Shown here: piece by piece, positions 9,511 through 18,529 of the stretch | How the letters are laid out: the number at the start of each line of letters is the position of its first letter | How positions within the stretch are numbered: the first letter of the stretch is position 1 | From: Victivallaceae bacterium | GTDB lineage: Bacteria; Verrucomicrobiota; Lentisphaeria; Victivallales; Victivallaceae | NCBI GenBank assembly: GCA_024405675.1 | Contig: JAKSOH010000001.1 | Coordinates: forward strand, 22,748-86,747 | Length of the DNA: 64,000 bases | Reading direction: 5' to 3' | Program-made: the position numbers and the translations under genes | Notes under the pieces: generated by a model | What the model saw: the letters and a program-made list of their open reading frames with translations, nothing else | Databases searched by the model: none | Told to the model about the DNA's origin: nothing

Positions 9511-9538
9511 TTGAATAACGTCCCAACAATGCTATATT
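9511..9538 (+). promoter_or_regulatory. putative sigma70 promoter (TTGAAT-N16-TATATT, extended TGc)
   Basis: TTGAAT at 9511-9516 and TGCTATATT at 9530-9538. Lies about 50 nt upstream of the ATG at 9591. Confidence 0.5.
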
Positions 9539-9590
9539 TTACAAGCTTTTTTAAATAAACTTTCTCATAGCCTTACCAAGGAGCAAGATT

Positions 9591-10619
9591 ATGAAACGAC
9601 TCAACGTGATACTTGCGGCGGCCGTGGCATTGCTGATTGTCGCGGTAATTGTTTTGGTAGTATCTCCATCGGCGTGCGGGAAATCGCGCAAACGGGTGGT
9701 CATCGGACGTGGCTTCTGCCGCGGATTCGCAATGGTGACGCTGAAGAACAAGCACGCCGGGTACGTGTCAAACGTCTACCATTTCACTGGAGATATGGTC
9801 AAGAAGGGCGACGTGATTCTCGAGTACGACGATTACGATTGGCGTGTGAAGCACTCCGCGGCAGCGGACGCCGTGGAACAGCAGAAGCTGGCTGTCATCA
9901 GCGCCCAGATCGCCTTGGACATGAAGAACATCGATCCGCTTCCTAGCGAGTACCGCAATCTTAAATCAAAGAAGATGGCGGCCGCCGCCAAGATGAAACG
10001 TATTGAACACGAAATGGACGTCTACAAGAAACTGCATAACAACAACATTGTCTCCGATCTGGCCTACCGCGAGAAGATAAACGATCTCAAGGACGCGGAA
10101 TCGGACGTCGAAAGCTTTGCCAACGACACCTCGATACTGGAGCGCGGACTAGGGAAACTGTACGTCGACGCCGCAAGGAACAATCTCGAAATCGAAAAGA
10201 AAAAGCTTGTCAACCTCGAGCATGAGCTTGCGCTCATAGAAGAGGATCACAAGTTTTACAAGATCGTGGCCCCCTGGGACGGCATGGTGGAAACAAACTC
10301 GGATACCGTGCACGCATGGAATGACGCCGCCACAGCAGCCGCGGAAATGCACGACTTCTCCAGTGGAACGAAGGTGTACTTCTACATGGACGAGCGTGAC
10401 GTCGGATACGTCACCATTGGGGAGGAATACCGCTGGCGGACCAACCTGTTCGACTGCGACAAGATTGGATTCCCGATTATCCGCCCCTTTAAGGTCAAGA
10501 AAACGCATAGCAGCTTCGGAGACAGGTCGTTGTACCTCGTCGAAACTGTACTGGTGTCGTCTCCTAAGCCACTAGACCTGAACAGTACCGGTCAGGTCGA
10601 AATCGAAGTCGAGGACTAA
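9591..10619 (+). CDS. HlyD-like membrane-fusion (periplasmic adaptor) family protein, orphan
   Basis: AAGGAG RBS. N-terminal TM anchor. Lipoyl-like half motifs GYVSNVYHFTGDMVKKGDVILEYDD and YKIVAPWDGMV flank a ~150-aa coiled-coil-like region. No ABC, RND or MFS partner nearby. Confidence 0.55.
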   Translation: MKRLNVILAAAVALLIVAVIVLVVSPSACGKSRKRVVIGRGFCRGFAMVTLKNKHAGYVSNVYHFTGDMVKKGDVILEYDDYDWRVKHSAAADAVEQQKLAVISAQIALDMKNIDPLPSEYRNLKSKKMAAAAKMKRIEHEMDVYKKLHNNNIVSDLAYREKINDLKDAESDVESFANDTSILERGLGKLYVDAARNNLEIEKKKLVNLEHELALIEEDHKFYKIVAPWDGMVETNSDTVHAWNDAATAAAEMHDFSSGTKVYFYMDERDVGYVTIGEEYRWRTNLFDCDKIGFPIIRPFKVKKTHSSFGDRSLYLVETVLVSSPKPLDLNSTGQVEIEVED

Positions 10620-10826
10620 ATGGCGAAGCTCAAGGTGGTGACGATAACAAAATGGCACCAGACGGTTGGAATTTGCTCCGACTGCAAGGCCACGATTCTA
10701 CCAATGGAGCTAGCGTCGATGCACAGATGTCCGGCTTGCGATGCCAAGTTCGACGAGGATGACGCGCTGCTTGATTTCGTGGCAATTCCCAAGTTGCGCG
10801 ATCTGTTGTTAAAATCGGGGGAATAA
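10620..10826 (+). CDS. small zinc-ribbon protein, hypothetical
   Basis: 68 aa. The ATG immediately follows the TAA of the HlyD-like gene (taaATG). CSDC-x17-CPAC zinc-ribbon spacing and an acidic C-terminus. Confidence 0.5.
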   Translation: MAKLKVVTITKWHQTVGICSDCKATILPMELASMHRCPACDAKFDEDDALLDFVAIPKLRDLLLKSGE

Positions 10827-10830
10827 TCTT

Positions 10831-13119
10831 CTACTTTCCGCCGTTTTCCCGATAGAGGCGTATCAATTCCAAGAAAGCCGGTAGGTATCTCTTTGCCTTG
10901 AACGCGCCGATTCCCCTGATGCCCATGGCGTCTTCCGCCGTCTCCGGCATGGCCTTGACGAGATCCTCCAACGTGGCGTTGCCGAATATCTCATACGGAA
11001 TCACCCCGCGGTCGGCGGCTATGCTGTTGCGTAGCTGCTTCATTGCTTCCAGCAGCTCTCCGCTCGGACGCACGGACTCGATCTCCACCGGAGACGGCGA
11101 ACTCATGTCCAAAGCGGGGAATTCCCTGGTTTCAAGGCATTCCTCGCCGCATTCTGTGATGGTGATGCACGGATATCCGCCGTTATCAACTTTCTCGATC
11201 ATACCAGCCTTGCGGAGCGCGTCTATCTCTGCGATGATATCCGCCTGCTTCAGGCGATGCAGCACGCCGTAGCACGGACTGCGGCGGAATCGTGGCATCA
11301 TGATGTCGGCGGTACGCGATCCGGAAAGAATCTTCGCAAGTTTTACCGAACCGATGTGCCCTCGGAAATACTTCACCGCTATCAATATCGTGCGCAGCTG
11401 CTCTTTCTCGCCTCCGGTCGGAGCCCGTCGGTTCGCGGCCGCAGAATCGCAATGGTCGCAGCAGCGGCATTCCCAGCCGGAGACATCCTCTCCGAAATAG
11501 GATACCAGAACCGCCTGGCGGCAGAGGTTCTGCGGACTTTCAGCATATGATATGACATCCTTGAGGCGCGACATCTCCCGGTCGTATTTGGCATCCAGCG
11601 CCCCGGCTTCTATGCCGGGATCGGTACGGTCAGTGTCAACCAGCATTATAGATCTGCCGCCGAACAGGCGTTCGAACTCCAAGATGCTGCCGTTCAGCGC
11701 GACCAGCACCCTTTTCACCTGATCCGGGCCAAGCGACGACACCTCGCAAAGGAAATCCAGATCATATGCCGTCGTTTTGAGCAAGTCCGCTCCAAAGCGC
11801 AGCGCCATGCGGTGGATGAATCTCGCGCGCTGGTTCTCTTCGCCCTGATATGTCACCGCCAGGGATGAAGGTTTCTGCAAAAACTTCAACGACATCCGGC
11901 TCTTCGCGGTGCCGCGGGTTATCGCCCCGGCCTGCTCAAGAGCGGACAGCGACGACACGACCTGCCCGTCGCTCTTAATCGACGGAACCATGGCGCGGAT
12001 GTCTGACATCTTAAGCTCCATGACCTTCGTATCGGTTTTCGCCGCATATCTTTTCAGCGCATCGTAGACCGCCCGAACCGATGAAGATGGCGGATTGTTG
12101 GTCTCGATCAGAAACTCCTGTACGTAGCGGTCGGAATAGTTGAACAACAGCGTGCATTCGGCTGACTCGCCGTCGCGGCCGGCCCTTCCGGCCTCCTGAT
12201 ACAACGCCTCCAGCGACCCAGGCATCTGGAAATGCACAACGCGCCGGATGTCGGGACGGTCTATTCCCATGCCGAACGCATTGGTGGCGACAAGAACCGG
12301 AGTCTTTTCGGTCATGAATGCATTCTGTGATTTCAAACGGTCCTCGTCTGACATTCCTGCGTGATAGGCAATGACGCCAAGTTCTCCGGCAAGCTTGTCC
12401 ACCGCCTGCCTGGTCGCGGCGTAGATGATGGTTGGAGCCGGAACCTTGAGCATGTTCTTTATCTCATCTATCTTCTCATGCTCTGTCCGGCACGAAAGCA
12501 CGCGGAAAGAGAGATTTGGACGTTTGAATCCGGCTACCATCAACTTCATTTCTGGACGGTGTAGCTGCTCGGTTATGTCCTGGCGCACATGCTCGGTTGC
12601 CGTCGCGGTGAAGGCGCATACCTGCCTTATGCCGAACTCGTCGGCGACGCAGCCAATCCTGCGGTACGCCGGACGGAAGTCGTGACCCCACTGGCTTATG
12701 CAATGGGCCTCGTCTACCACCAGCATCGATGGTGGATTATTATATAGGAAGCGGCGGAAAACGGGGGCGTCGAAACGCTCGGGGGCGACGTAAAGCAGCT
12801 TGATCTCCCCGTCAAGAACCCGTCTCATGATGTCGCGCTGTTCCTGGATGTCGATGGTGCTGTTTATAAATGCGGCCGGAAGGCCGCGCGACTGCAGAGA
12901 CCCGACCTGATCTTGCATCAGGGCGATGAGTGGCGAAGCTACTATTCCGTATCCTTCGCAAATCATCATTGGAAGCTGGTAGCACAACGACTTGCCGGCT
13001 CCGGTCGGCATAACGACGAGGATATCGTCTCCGGACAAAACGGCGTCCACGACTTCCTGCTGGTTGTCCAGGAACTCTTGGTACCCAAAATATTTCTGCA
13101 ATGCTTCTTTGGCGTTCAT
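10831..13119 (-). CDS. recQ: ATP-dependent DNA helicase RecQ (long form with RQC and HRDC)
   Basis: Helicase motifs: TGAGKSLCYQLP, DEAHCISQWGHDFRP (DEAH), TATA, ATNAFGMGIDRPDIRRVVH, QEAGRAGRDG. Zn-binding Cys cluster CRQ...CRCCDHC. C-terminal HRDC-like helix bundle. Confidence 0.92.
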   Translation of the reverse strand: MNAKEALQKYFGYQEFLDNQQEVVDAVLSGDDILVVMPTGAGKSLCYQLPMMICEGYGIVASPLIALMQDQVGSLQSRGLPAAFINSTIDIQEQRDIMRRVLDGEIKLLYVAPERFDAPVFRRFLYNNPPSMLVVDEAHCISQWGHDFRPAYRRIGCVADEFGIRQVCAFTATATEHVRQDITEQLHRPEMKLMVAGFKRPNLSFRVLSCRTEHEKIDEIKNMLKVPAPTIIYAATRQAVDKLAGELGVIAYHAGMSDEDRLKSQNAFMTEKTPVLVATNAFGMGIDRPDIRRVVHFQMPGSLEALYQEAGRAGRDGESAECTLLFNYSDRYVQEFLIETNNPPSSSVRAVYDALKRYAAKTDTKVMELKMSDIRAMVPSIKSDGQVVSSLSALEQAGAITRGTAKSRMSLKFLQKPSSLAVTYQGEENQRARFIHRMALRFGADLLKTTAYDLDFLCEVSSLGPDQVKRVLVALNGSILEFERLFGGRSIMLVDTDRTDPGIEAGALDAKYDREMSRLKDVISYAESPQNLCRQAVLVSYFGEDVSGWECRCCDHCDSAAANRRAPTGGEKEQLRTILIAVKYFRGHIGSVKLAKILSGSRTADIMMPRFRRSPCYGVLHRLKQADIIAEIDALRKAGMIEKVDNGGYPCITITECGEECLETREFPALDMSSPSPVEIESVRPSGELLEAMKQLRNSIAADRGVIPYEIFGNATLEDLVKAMPETAEDAMGIRGIGAFKAKRYLPAFLELIRLYRENGGK

Positions 13120-13979
13120 TTTTTCAAAGTCCAGTTGTCGGACGCCTTGGCGACGCGGTCGTCATTCGACCAGAAAGCCACCAGTTCCTTGCTCAGCGTA
13201 CTCAAATCAATGCCGGTAAACGCCAGCTTTGTCGCAGTTACCGGATCCTTGTGGTTGTGCATGGCCATGTAATATTTTCTAGGAATCTCTGAATAGGATT
13301 CACGCTTCTCCGCCGGAGCACCTACCAGCAAGTAGAACATCAAGGAATGAGCTCTAGAATAGTTCGCATCCACGTTCGACCCATAGAATTCCTTGTAATC
13401 CATGTCGAGAAGCTTCTGCAACTGGATTCCTCCAATGTGTTTCCTCGCATTGTTTATTCGCCAAGGAGCCAATTCTATCCTCCAATATCGTCCTTCGAGA
13501 TCCATGGACTCCAAGGCCTGCGCACATCCCTCGTTGAACCAAGGAGACGGCGTCCTCGACGAAAGGGCGGTGAACACGAACTGGTGAAAACCCTCATGGA
13601 ATAGCGTGTCATGAAGCTGCCGGCGACGGATGTCAGCGGGGAACTTCGGATCCAGCGGAGATATGCTGAGTTCGTTTTTATTTGGATTCCAAAGTCCGCC
13701 GCTCCATGCGTATTGCTTTCCAACGCAGTCAAGATACTCCTGGCGCGTGGCAAAGATGCGCACCTTGCCCTTTTCCGAGCGGTAGTTTCCCATTGGAAAG
13801 ATAATGCCGTAGCACCGATGCGCCTTCTCAAGTTCACGTTGTACGGTCTTGAGATATGCGCGCCCTGGCTGATTGGAGACGAAGATGTAATGCTGGCTGG
13901 CATTGGACCACCATTCAGAATCAGCGGCGGCCAACCTTGCGACGCAGCAGATTGCAAGCAAAACGGGAATACGGAACAT
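13116..13979 (-). CDS. DUF1570-like putative zinc metallopeptidase, exported
   Basis: Signal peptide MFRIPVLLAICCVARLAAA. HExxH motif in LFHEGFHQF. Its stop overlaps the recQ ATG (ATGA at 13116-13119). Confidence 0.5.
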   Translation of the reverse strand: MFRIPVLLAICCVARLAAADSEWWSNASQHYIFVSNQPGRAYLKTVQRELEKAHRCYGIIFPMGNYRSEKGKVRIFATRQEYLDCVGKQYAWSGGLWNPNKNELSISPLDPKFPADIRRRQLHDTLFHEGFHQFVFTALSSRTPSPWFNEGCAQALESMDLEGRYWRIELAPWRINNARKHIGGIQLQKLLDMDYKEFYGSNVDANYSRAHSLMFYLLVGAPAEKRESYSEIPRKYYMAMHNHKDPVTATKLAFTGIDLSTLSKELVAFWSNDDRVAKASDNWTLKK

Positions 13980-13988
13980 CGGATGCCT

Positions 13989-15170
13989 TTATAGCGATGT
14001 AAGAAATCTCTTGATGCGAACCAATGCTTCCTGCAGCTCGTCCATCGCCGTCGCGTAGCAGCAGCGTACGAATCCCTCGCCGCCACCGCCGAAGGCACTT
14101 CCTGGGACCACGGCCACTTTCTCGCGACGTAGCAGTTCAGTGGCGAATGTCTCAGAATCCATACCGAACCTGGCGATACTCGGAAACGCATAGAACGCGC
14201 CATGCGGAATGATGCAATCCATGCCCATAGAATTGAATCCAGCCACAAGTATGTCCCGACGTTCGCGGTAACTGTTGCGCATTTCATCCACGGCGTACCT
14301 TCCGTTCTTCAACGCCTCCAACGCCGCCTCCTGGGCGACCGTCGCGGCGCACATGATCGAATACTGGTGGAGCTTTGCCATGGTCGATATGATGTCGATT
14401 GGAGCGCAGGCGTATCCGACGCGCCAACCGGTCATGGCGAACGCCTTGGAGAATCCATGGAGGAAAATGGTCCGTTCGCGCATGCCAGGCAACGAGGCAA
14501 TCGAAACGTGTACGCCGTCGTAGGTAAGTTCTGAATATATTTCGTCGGTAATCACGATGAGATCGTGTTTCTTAGCTATCGCGGCGACTTCCATGAGCTG
14601 TTCGCGCGTCATGACCGCGCCGGTTGGATTGCATGGGAAGTTGAGAAGCAATGCCCTGGTTCTCGGCGTGATCAGCTTACGCAATTTGTCGGGATTCAAG
14701 GCGAAACCATCGGATACATCGGTCACCAGAGGAACCGGAGTTCCGTTTGCCATGATGATCTCCGCTGGATAAGATACGAAACACGGAGAAGTGTAAATGA
14801 TCTCATCACCAGGATTGGTAATCGCCCTGATTGCTATGTCAAGTGCCTCGCTGACGCCGACGGTCACGAGACATTCCACGTTATAGTCGTAGTCGACGCC
14901 ATAATCGGATGAGACATATTCGCAAATGGCCTTGCGCAGCGCCGGTATTCCGGCGTTGCTGGTATAGCTGGTGTGTCCGTGCTCGATGGAGAATATTCCG
15001 CTTTCGCGAATGGTCCACGGAGTTACGAAATCCGGTTCGCCGATGCCGAGTGATATCACCCCGTCCATCGAGTTAACCAGTTCGAAGAAACGTCTTATTC
15101 CGCTAGGTTTGAGCTGGAGAAGATGTTTTGCGACCCGGTTCTTACTACGGGCAGATCTTGAGACGCTCAT
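13989..15170 (-). CDS. class I/II PLP-dependent aminotransferase (AspC/AlaT-like)
   Basis: Motifs GEPDF, NPTG, SKAFAMTGWRVGY (PLP lysine), PGSAFG. Start set to ATG 15170 (GGAGGA 11 nt upstream); ATG 15182 is the alternative. Overlaps the end of the upstream Lrp gene. Confidence 0.85.
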   Translation of the reverse strand: MSVSRSARSKNRVAKHLLQLKPSGIRRFFELVNSMDGVISLGIGEPDFVTPWTIRESGIFSIEHGHTSYTSNAGIPALRKAICEYVSSDYGVDYDYNVECLVTVGVSEALDIAIRAITNPGDEIIYTSPCFVSYPAEIIMANGTPVPLVTDVSDGFALNPDKLRKLITPRTRALLLNFPCNPTGAVMTREQLMEVAAIAKKHDLIVITDEIYSELTYDGVHVSIASLPGMRERTIFLHGFSKAFAMTGWRVGYACAPIDIISTMAKLHQYSIMCAATVAQEAALEALKNGRYAVDEMRNSYRERRDILVAGFNSMGMDCIIPHGAFYAFPSIARFGMDSETFATELLRREKVAVVPGSAFGGGGEGFVRCCYATAMDELQEALVRIKRFLTSL

Positions 15171-15624
15171 AATTCTCGTCATCCTCCATGATGCGTCCGG
15201 CGGACTTGTATTTCTTCAGCTGGAATCCGGTTGAACATGAAATGACGCCATCAATCGTGGCCAACTTGGATGCGACGAACCCGGCAACTTCGGTAAGGGA
15301 ATTTCCCCGAACCGCGAGAAGCAGATCGTACGATCCGGAAACTAGACAAAGCTCCTCGACCTCTGGGAACTTGGCGATTCTCTTGGCGACGGAATCGAAT
15401 CCACCGTCGCGGGTCGGAGTGATCTTTACTTCTATTATCGCCCGTACCTGCTCCTTGCCATAGGCCTTGTCGTCCAGTACCGCTGTATATCCGTGGATGA
15501 GGCCGTTTTCCTCATATTTCCTTATCTTTTCCCGGATTTCGGCCGGTTTGCCACCGATCCGGTCAGCTATTTCTTTCGCCGTCAATCTGGCGTTGGAAAC
15601 AAGCATCTTCAGTATCCTGTCCAT
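15145..15624 (-). CDS. Lrp/AsnC-family transcriptional regulator
   Basis: 159 aa. N-terminal HTH (ILKMLVSNARLTAKEIADRIG) and a C-terminal RAM/ACT-like domain. Confidence 0.9.
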   Translation of the reverse strand: MDRILKMLVSNARLTAKEIADRIGGKPAEIREKIRKYEENGLIHGYTAVLDDKAYGKEQVRAIIEVKITPTRDGGFDSVAKRIAKFPEVEELCLVSGSYDLLLAVRGNSLTEVAGFVASKLATIDGVISCSTGFQLKKYKSAGRIMEDDENYERLKICP

Positions 15625-15640
15625 CTTGAAAATCCTCCAG

Positions 15641-16486
15641 CTAATTGAGACAAGAGGTCAGCGCATACACCACGGCGCAGCACGGACCTATGTATATGAA
15701 ACTGTCGAACACATCGAATATTCCGCCCATTCCCGGAATCCATGAACCGGAATCCTTTACGCCACTCATGCGCTTGATGCCGGATTCGGTGAGATCGCCG
15801 AAGAAACTGGCGAGTCCTATGAATATTCCAGCGAGCAGGAAGCAATACCATGGCCAAAAACTTTTGACGCAGTAAAATGCCATGCTTACAACGACGCTAA
15901 GCAGAAGTCCTCCGAAAAAACCTTCCCATGACTTGTTTGGACTAAGCGCAGGGGCGATTTTATGCGTGTTTCCGAACAACGTCTTGCATCCTAGCCCGAA
16001 GATATATCCACCGGTGTCCATGGCCTTGGCCGTGAGAAGCAAATAGAACAGCAAATTGACATTGTTGTTATTGAACTTGTAGCAAATGCACAGAAGCAGG
16101 TACGACATGCCGAGCGACGCATACAATCCAAACGTTCCAACCATTCTCTTGAATATCTTTCCGTTGTGGAGAAGCACGAATGTCCATATCATTATGAGCG
16201 GAATCATGCCGACGATCATGCATATCGCAAGAATTGGAATCCTAATAACCATGTCTGTCTTGGTAAGTAGCACAGACATCACGGTGATTGCGGATGCAAG
16301 TCCGGCTATCGATGGGAAGTTCTGTATTCCCATGAGATTGAATAGCAAGCCGCACTCGTATACTGTCAGTCCGACCAAAATCGGCGCCACGATCATGAAT
16401 AGCATAGCGCCAATATCCTTGTTGAAGAATATGAAGAAGACCAGCGCAAGCAGAAGCGGAAAACTGATAATCCTGTATTTGAGCAT
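15641..16486 (-). CDS. cdsA: phosphatidate cytidylyltransferase
   Basis: Polytopic membrane protein with a CdsA C-terminal signature (SPNKSWEGFFGG...FGDLTESGIKRMSGVKDSGSWIPGMGGIFDVFDS). Start at ATG 16486 (GGAAGGA upstream) avoids overlap with the upstream gene. Confidence 0.85.
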   Translation of the reverse strand: MLKYRIISFPLLLALVFFIFFNKDIGAMLFMIVAPILVGLTVYECGLLFNLMGIQNFPSIAGLASAITVMSVLLTKTDMVIRIPILAICMIVGMIPLIMIWTFVLLHNGKIFKRMVGTFGLYASLGMSYLLLCICYKFNNNNVNLLFYLLLTAKAMDTGGYIFGLGCKTLFGNTHKIAPALSPNKSWEGFFGGLLLSVVVSMAFYCVKSFWPWYCFLLAGIFIGLASFFGDLTESGIKRMSGVKDSGSWIPGMGGIFDVFDSFIYIGPCCAVVYALTSCLN

Positions 16487-16497
16487 CTCGTTCCTTC

Positions 16498-17124
16498 CTA
16501 TTTGAAGAAAATATTTTCCAATTGCAGGCATATCGCATGATATATCGGCAGGTGAAACTCCTGGATCAGATATGTCTCAGATTCAGGAACACCTATAGAT
16601 ACATCGGCGTATTTTTCGCATTCTCCATGCCTGTTGCCTGTTAGCAAAATTGTCTTCATTCCAATGGCATGCGCGGAAATCATGGCGTTCTTAACATTCA
16701 CAGAACCACCTCCGGTACTTATGCCAAGCAGGACGTCGCCTGGTCTTCCTAAAGCCCAGAGCTGCTGGGCGTAGATAAGATTTGGATCGACGTCATTGGC
16801 AAATGCGCTCAAAAGACCTGGATGCGAAGTAAGGCTTATCGCCCTTAGACCATTCTGAAGCTTTCCAGGAATATCACTGCCGGACGGAAATTTAGCGACG
16901 GCGGAATTATCCAGCTTCCTTTTACTTTTAAAACCCTTGAGCAACTCGCCGCAGATATGGTCGCAATCGGCAGCGCTTCCACCGTTTCCACAAAGGAACA
17001 GCGTCCCATCGGCGCGGTACAATTTAACCAGCTCGTCGATGGCCGCCGATATGCGATCGGCTATGACGGCGAGTTCCGGATGTCGATTAATCAACGCATC
17101 AAGTATGTCGTATCGAGTTTGCAT
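16498..17124 (-). CDS. SIS-domain protein, phosphoheptose isomerase GmhA / DiaA-like
   Basis: Motifs GNGGSAADCDH, GDVLLGISTGGGSVNV and QEFHL are typical of GmhA/DiaA SIS proteins. Start at ATG 17124 (GGAGG 8 nt upstream). Confidence 0.8.
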   Translation of the reverse strand: MQTRYDILDALINRHPELAVIADRISAAIDELVKLYRADGTLFLCGNGGSAADCDHICGELLKGFKSKRKLDNSAVAKFPSGSDIPGKLQNGLRAISLTSHPGLLSAFANDVDPNLIYAQQLWALGRPGDVLLGISTGGGSVNVKNAMISAHAIGMKTILLTGNRHGECEKYADVSIGVPESETYLIQEFHLPIYHAICLQLENIFFK

Positions 17125-17139
17125 TTGCGAAACCTCCAT

Positions 17140-17416
17140 TATATTTTATTTCAAAATATAGTGTCGCGCGATGGTATTTGCAATCGTTGTTGATAATATT
17201 GTAAATAACTTGTGCCATAGATGGTGATGTTTTGTAGACAAAGGGATATCAACAACGGAATCAACGTTCAAACAAATATGTTACGAACAATGAAATAACT
17301 TTGCAAATACTTATAAATCAACTATTTGTAAAACATATCAACAAAAAACTACCTGACATAATAGATAAAGCAATTTTAAAGTAAGAAAACGTTTATTAAT
17401 ATTCGGAGGTGCTGTC
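17140..17416. other. AT-rich intergenic region with DnaA-box-like repeats; candidate oriC / dnaN promoter region
   Basis: A 277-bp, strikingly AT-rich gap in a GC-rich window. TTATCAACA-type 9-mers: TGTTGATAA (17188-17196, inverted), ATATCAACA (17246-17254), ATATCAACA (17335-17343). Divergent genes flank it and dnaN-recF follows directly. Confidence 0.4.
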
Positions 17417-18529
17417 ATGAACGTAAAGATCAATCGCGAAAAACTCGGCAAGGCATTGCAGAAAGTTGTTGGAATAATTGGAAACAGACCGGTGTTTCCA
17501 ATCCTTAGCAACGTGCTCTTCGAAGCTGAAAATGGAATAGTCAAACTTACCGCCACTGATCTCGAGCTTCGTGTGAGCGCCACCATAGACGCAGAAGTAA
17601 CAGAACCTGGAAGAACCACCATACCGGCTAAGAAACTCGCATCGCTTGTTTCGTGCATGACTGGTGCCGAAGTCACGATATCGCTTGGAGCCAACAACCA
17701 TGTGGCAATATCCTGCGGGTCCGGTCACTTCAAGGTATATGGTATCGCTCCAGATGATTTTCCATCCGTCGAGGACATACAGAGCGAGCATCAGGTAAGC
17801 ATTCCTGAGTCCAGGATAAAGAAGATGATTTCTTGCATTCAGTATGCCGTCAGCGCCGACGATTCGCGCAAGGCGCTTACCGGAGTGCTCTTTAGCGTAA
17901 AGGACAACGAACTTACTTTGGTTACAACCGATGGAAAGCGCATGGCGATAAAATCCGACATCCCAAGCGAGGTTGTCGGAGGTGAGACAGACAAGGTGGT
18001 CCCGTTCCGCTCCATCAGTGAACTTCGCCGTCTTGCCGACGGAGATGAATTGATGAAGATAATATTCTCAGACAATCAGTGCATATTCTCCGGGAACGGA
18101 TTCGAGTTGCGCAGCAAGCTTATAGAGAAGAATTATCCCGACTATCGACGAATTCTTCCGGTTGACTTCACCTACGAGATAAACTTCCCGTCGGATTTAC
18201 TCAAGAACAGGATACAGATTGTCTCATGCCTTCTCACTCAGGGATTCATAAATCTCAACTTTGCCGACAACAAGCTTACGGTTTCCGGTGCCAGCAGTGA
18301 ATTCGGCGAGGGCGACGATTCGATTGACATCGAGTACTCGGGAGAGCCGTTCTGCATATCATTCAACCCCCAGTACATAATGGATCCTCTTCAGTATGTC
18401 GGTGGATCGATGAAGTTCAAGATCAACGATCCTTACGCTTCGGTCGTCATCGAGGGCGACGACAGGTTCCTCTACCTGGTCATGCCGATACGGAAGAAGA
18501 CCGATGCTGAGGGAACTAAATCTATTTAA
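17417..18529 (+). CDS. dnaN: DNA polymerase III beta sliding clamp
   Basis: 370 aa with GGAGG RBS. Typical DnaN start and three-domain layout (MNVKINREKLGKALQKVVGII...PILSNVLFEAENG...LTATDLELRV). Confidence 0.95.
   Translation: MNVKINREKLGKALQKVVGIIGNRPVFPILSNVLFEAENGIVKLTATDLELRVSATIDAEVTEPGRTTIPAKKLASLVSCMTGAEVTISLGANNHVAISCGSGHFKVYGIAPDDFPSVEDIQSEHQVSIPESRIKKMISCIQYAVSADDSRKALTGVLFSVKDNELTLVTTDGKRMAIKSDIPSEVVGGETDKVVPFRSISELRRLADGDELMKIIFSDNQCIFSGNGFELRSKLIEKNYPDYRRILPVDFTYEINFPSDLLKNRIQIVSCLLTQGFINLNFADNKLTVSGASSEFGEGDDSIDIEYSGEPFCISFNPQYIMDPLQYVGGSMKFKINDPYASVVIEGDDRFLYLVMPIRKKTDAEGTKSI

Noticed and set aside
13475-14287. 270-aa minus-strand ORF spanning the DUF1570-like and aminotransferase genes; also 29914-30549 inside GH20
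   Set aside because: These overlap two well-supported genes out of frame and have Arg/Ser/Trp-rich composition. They are shadow ORFs.
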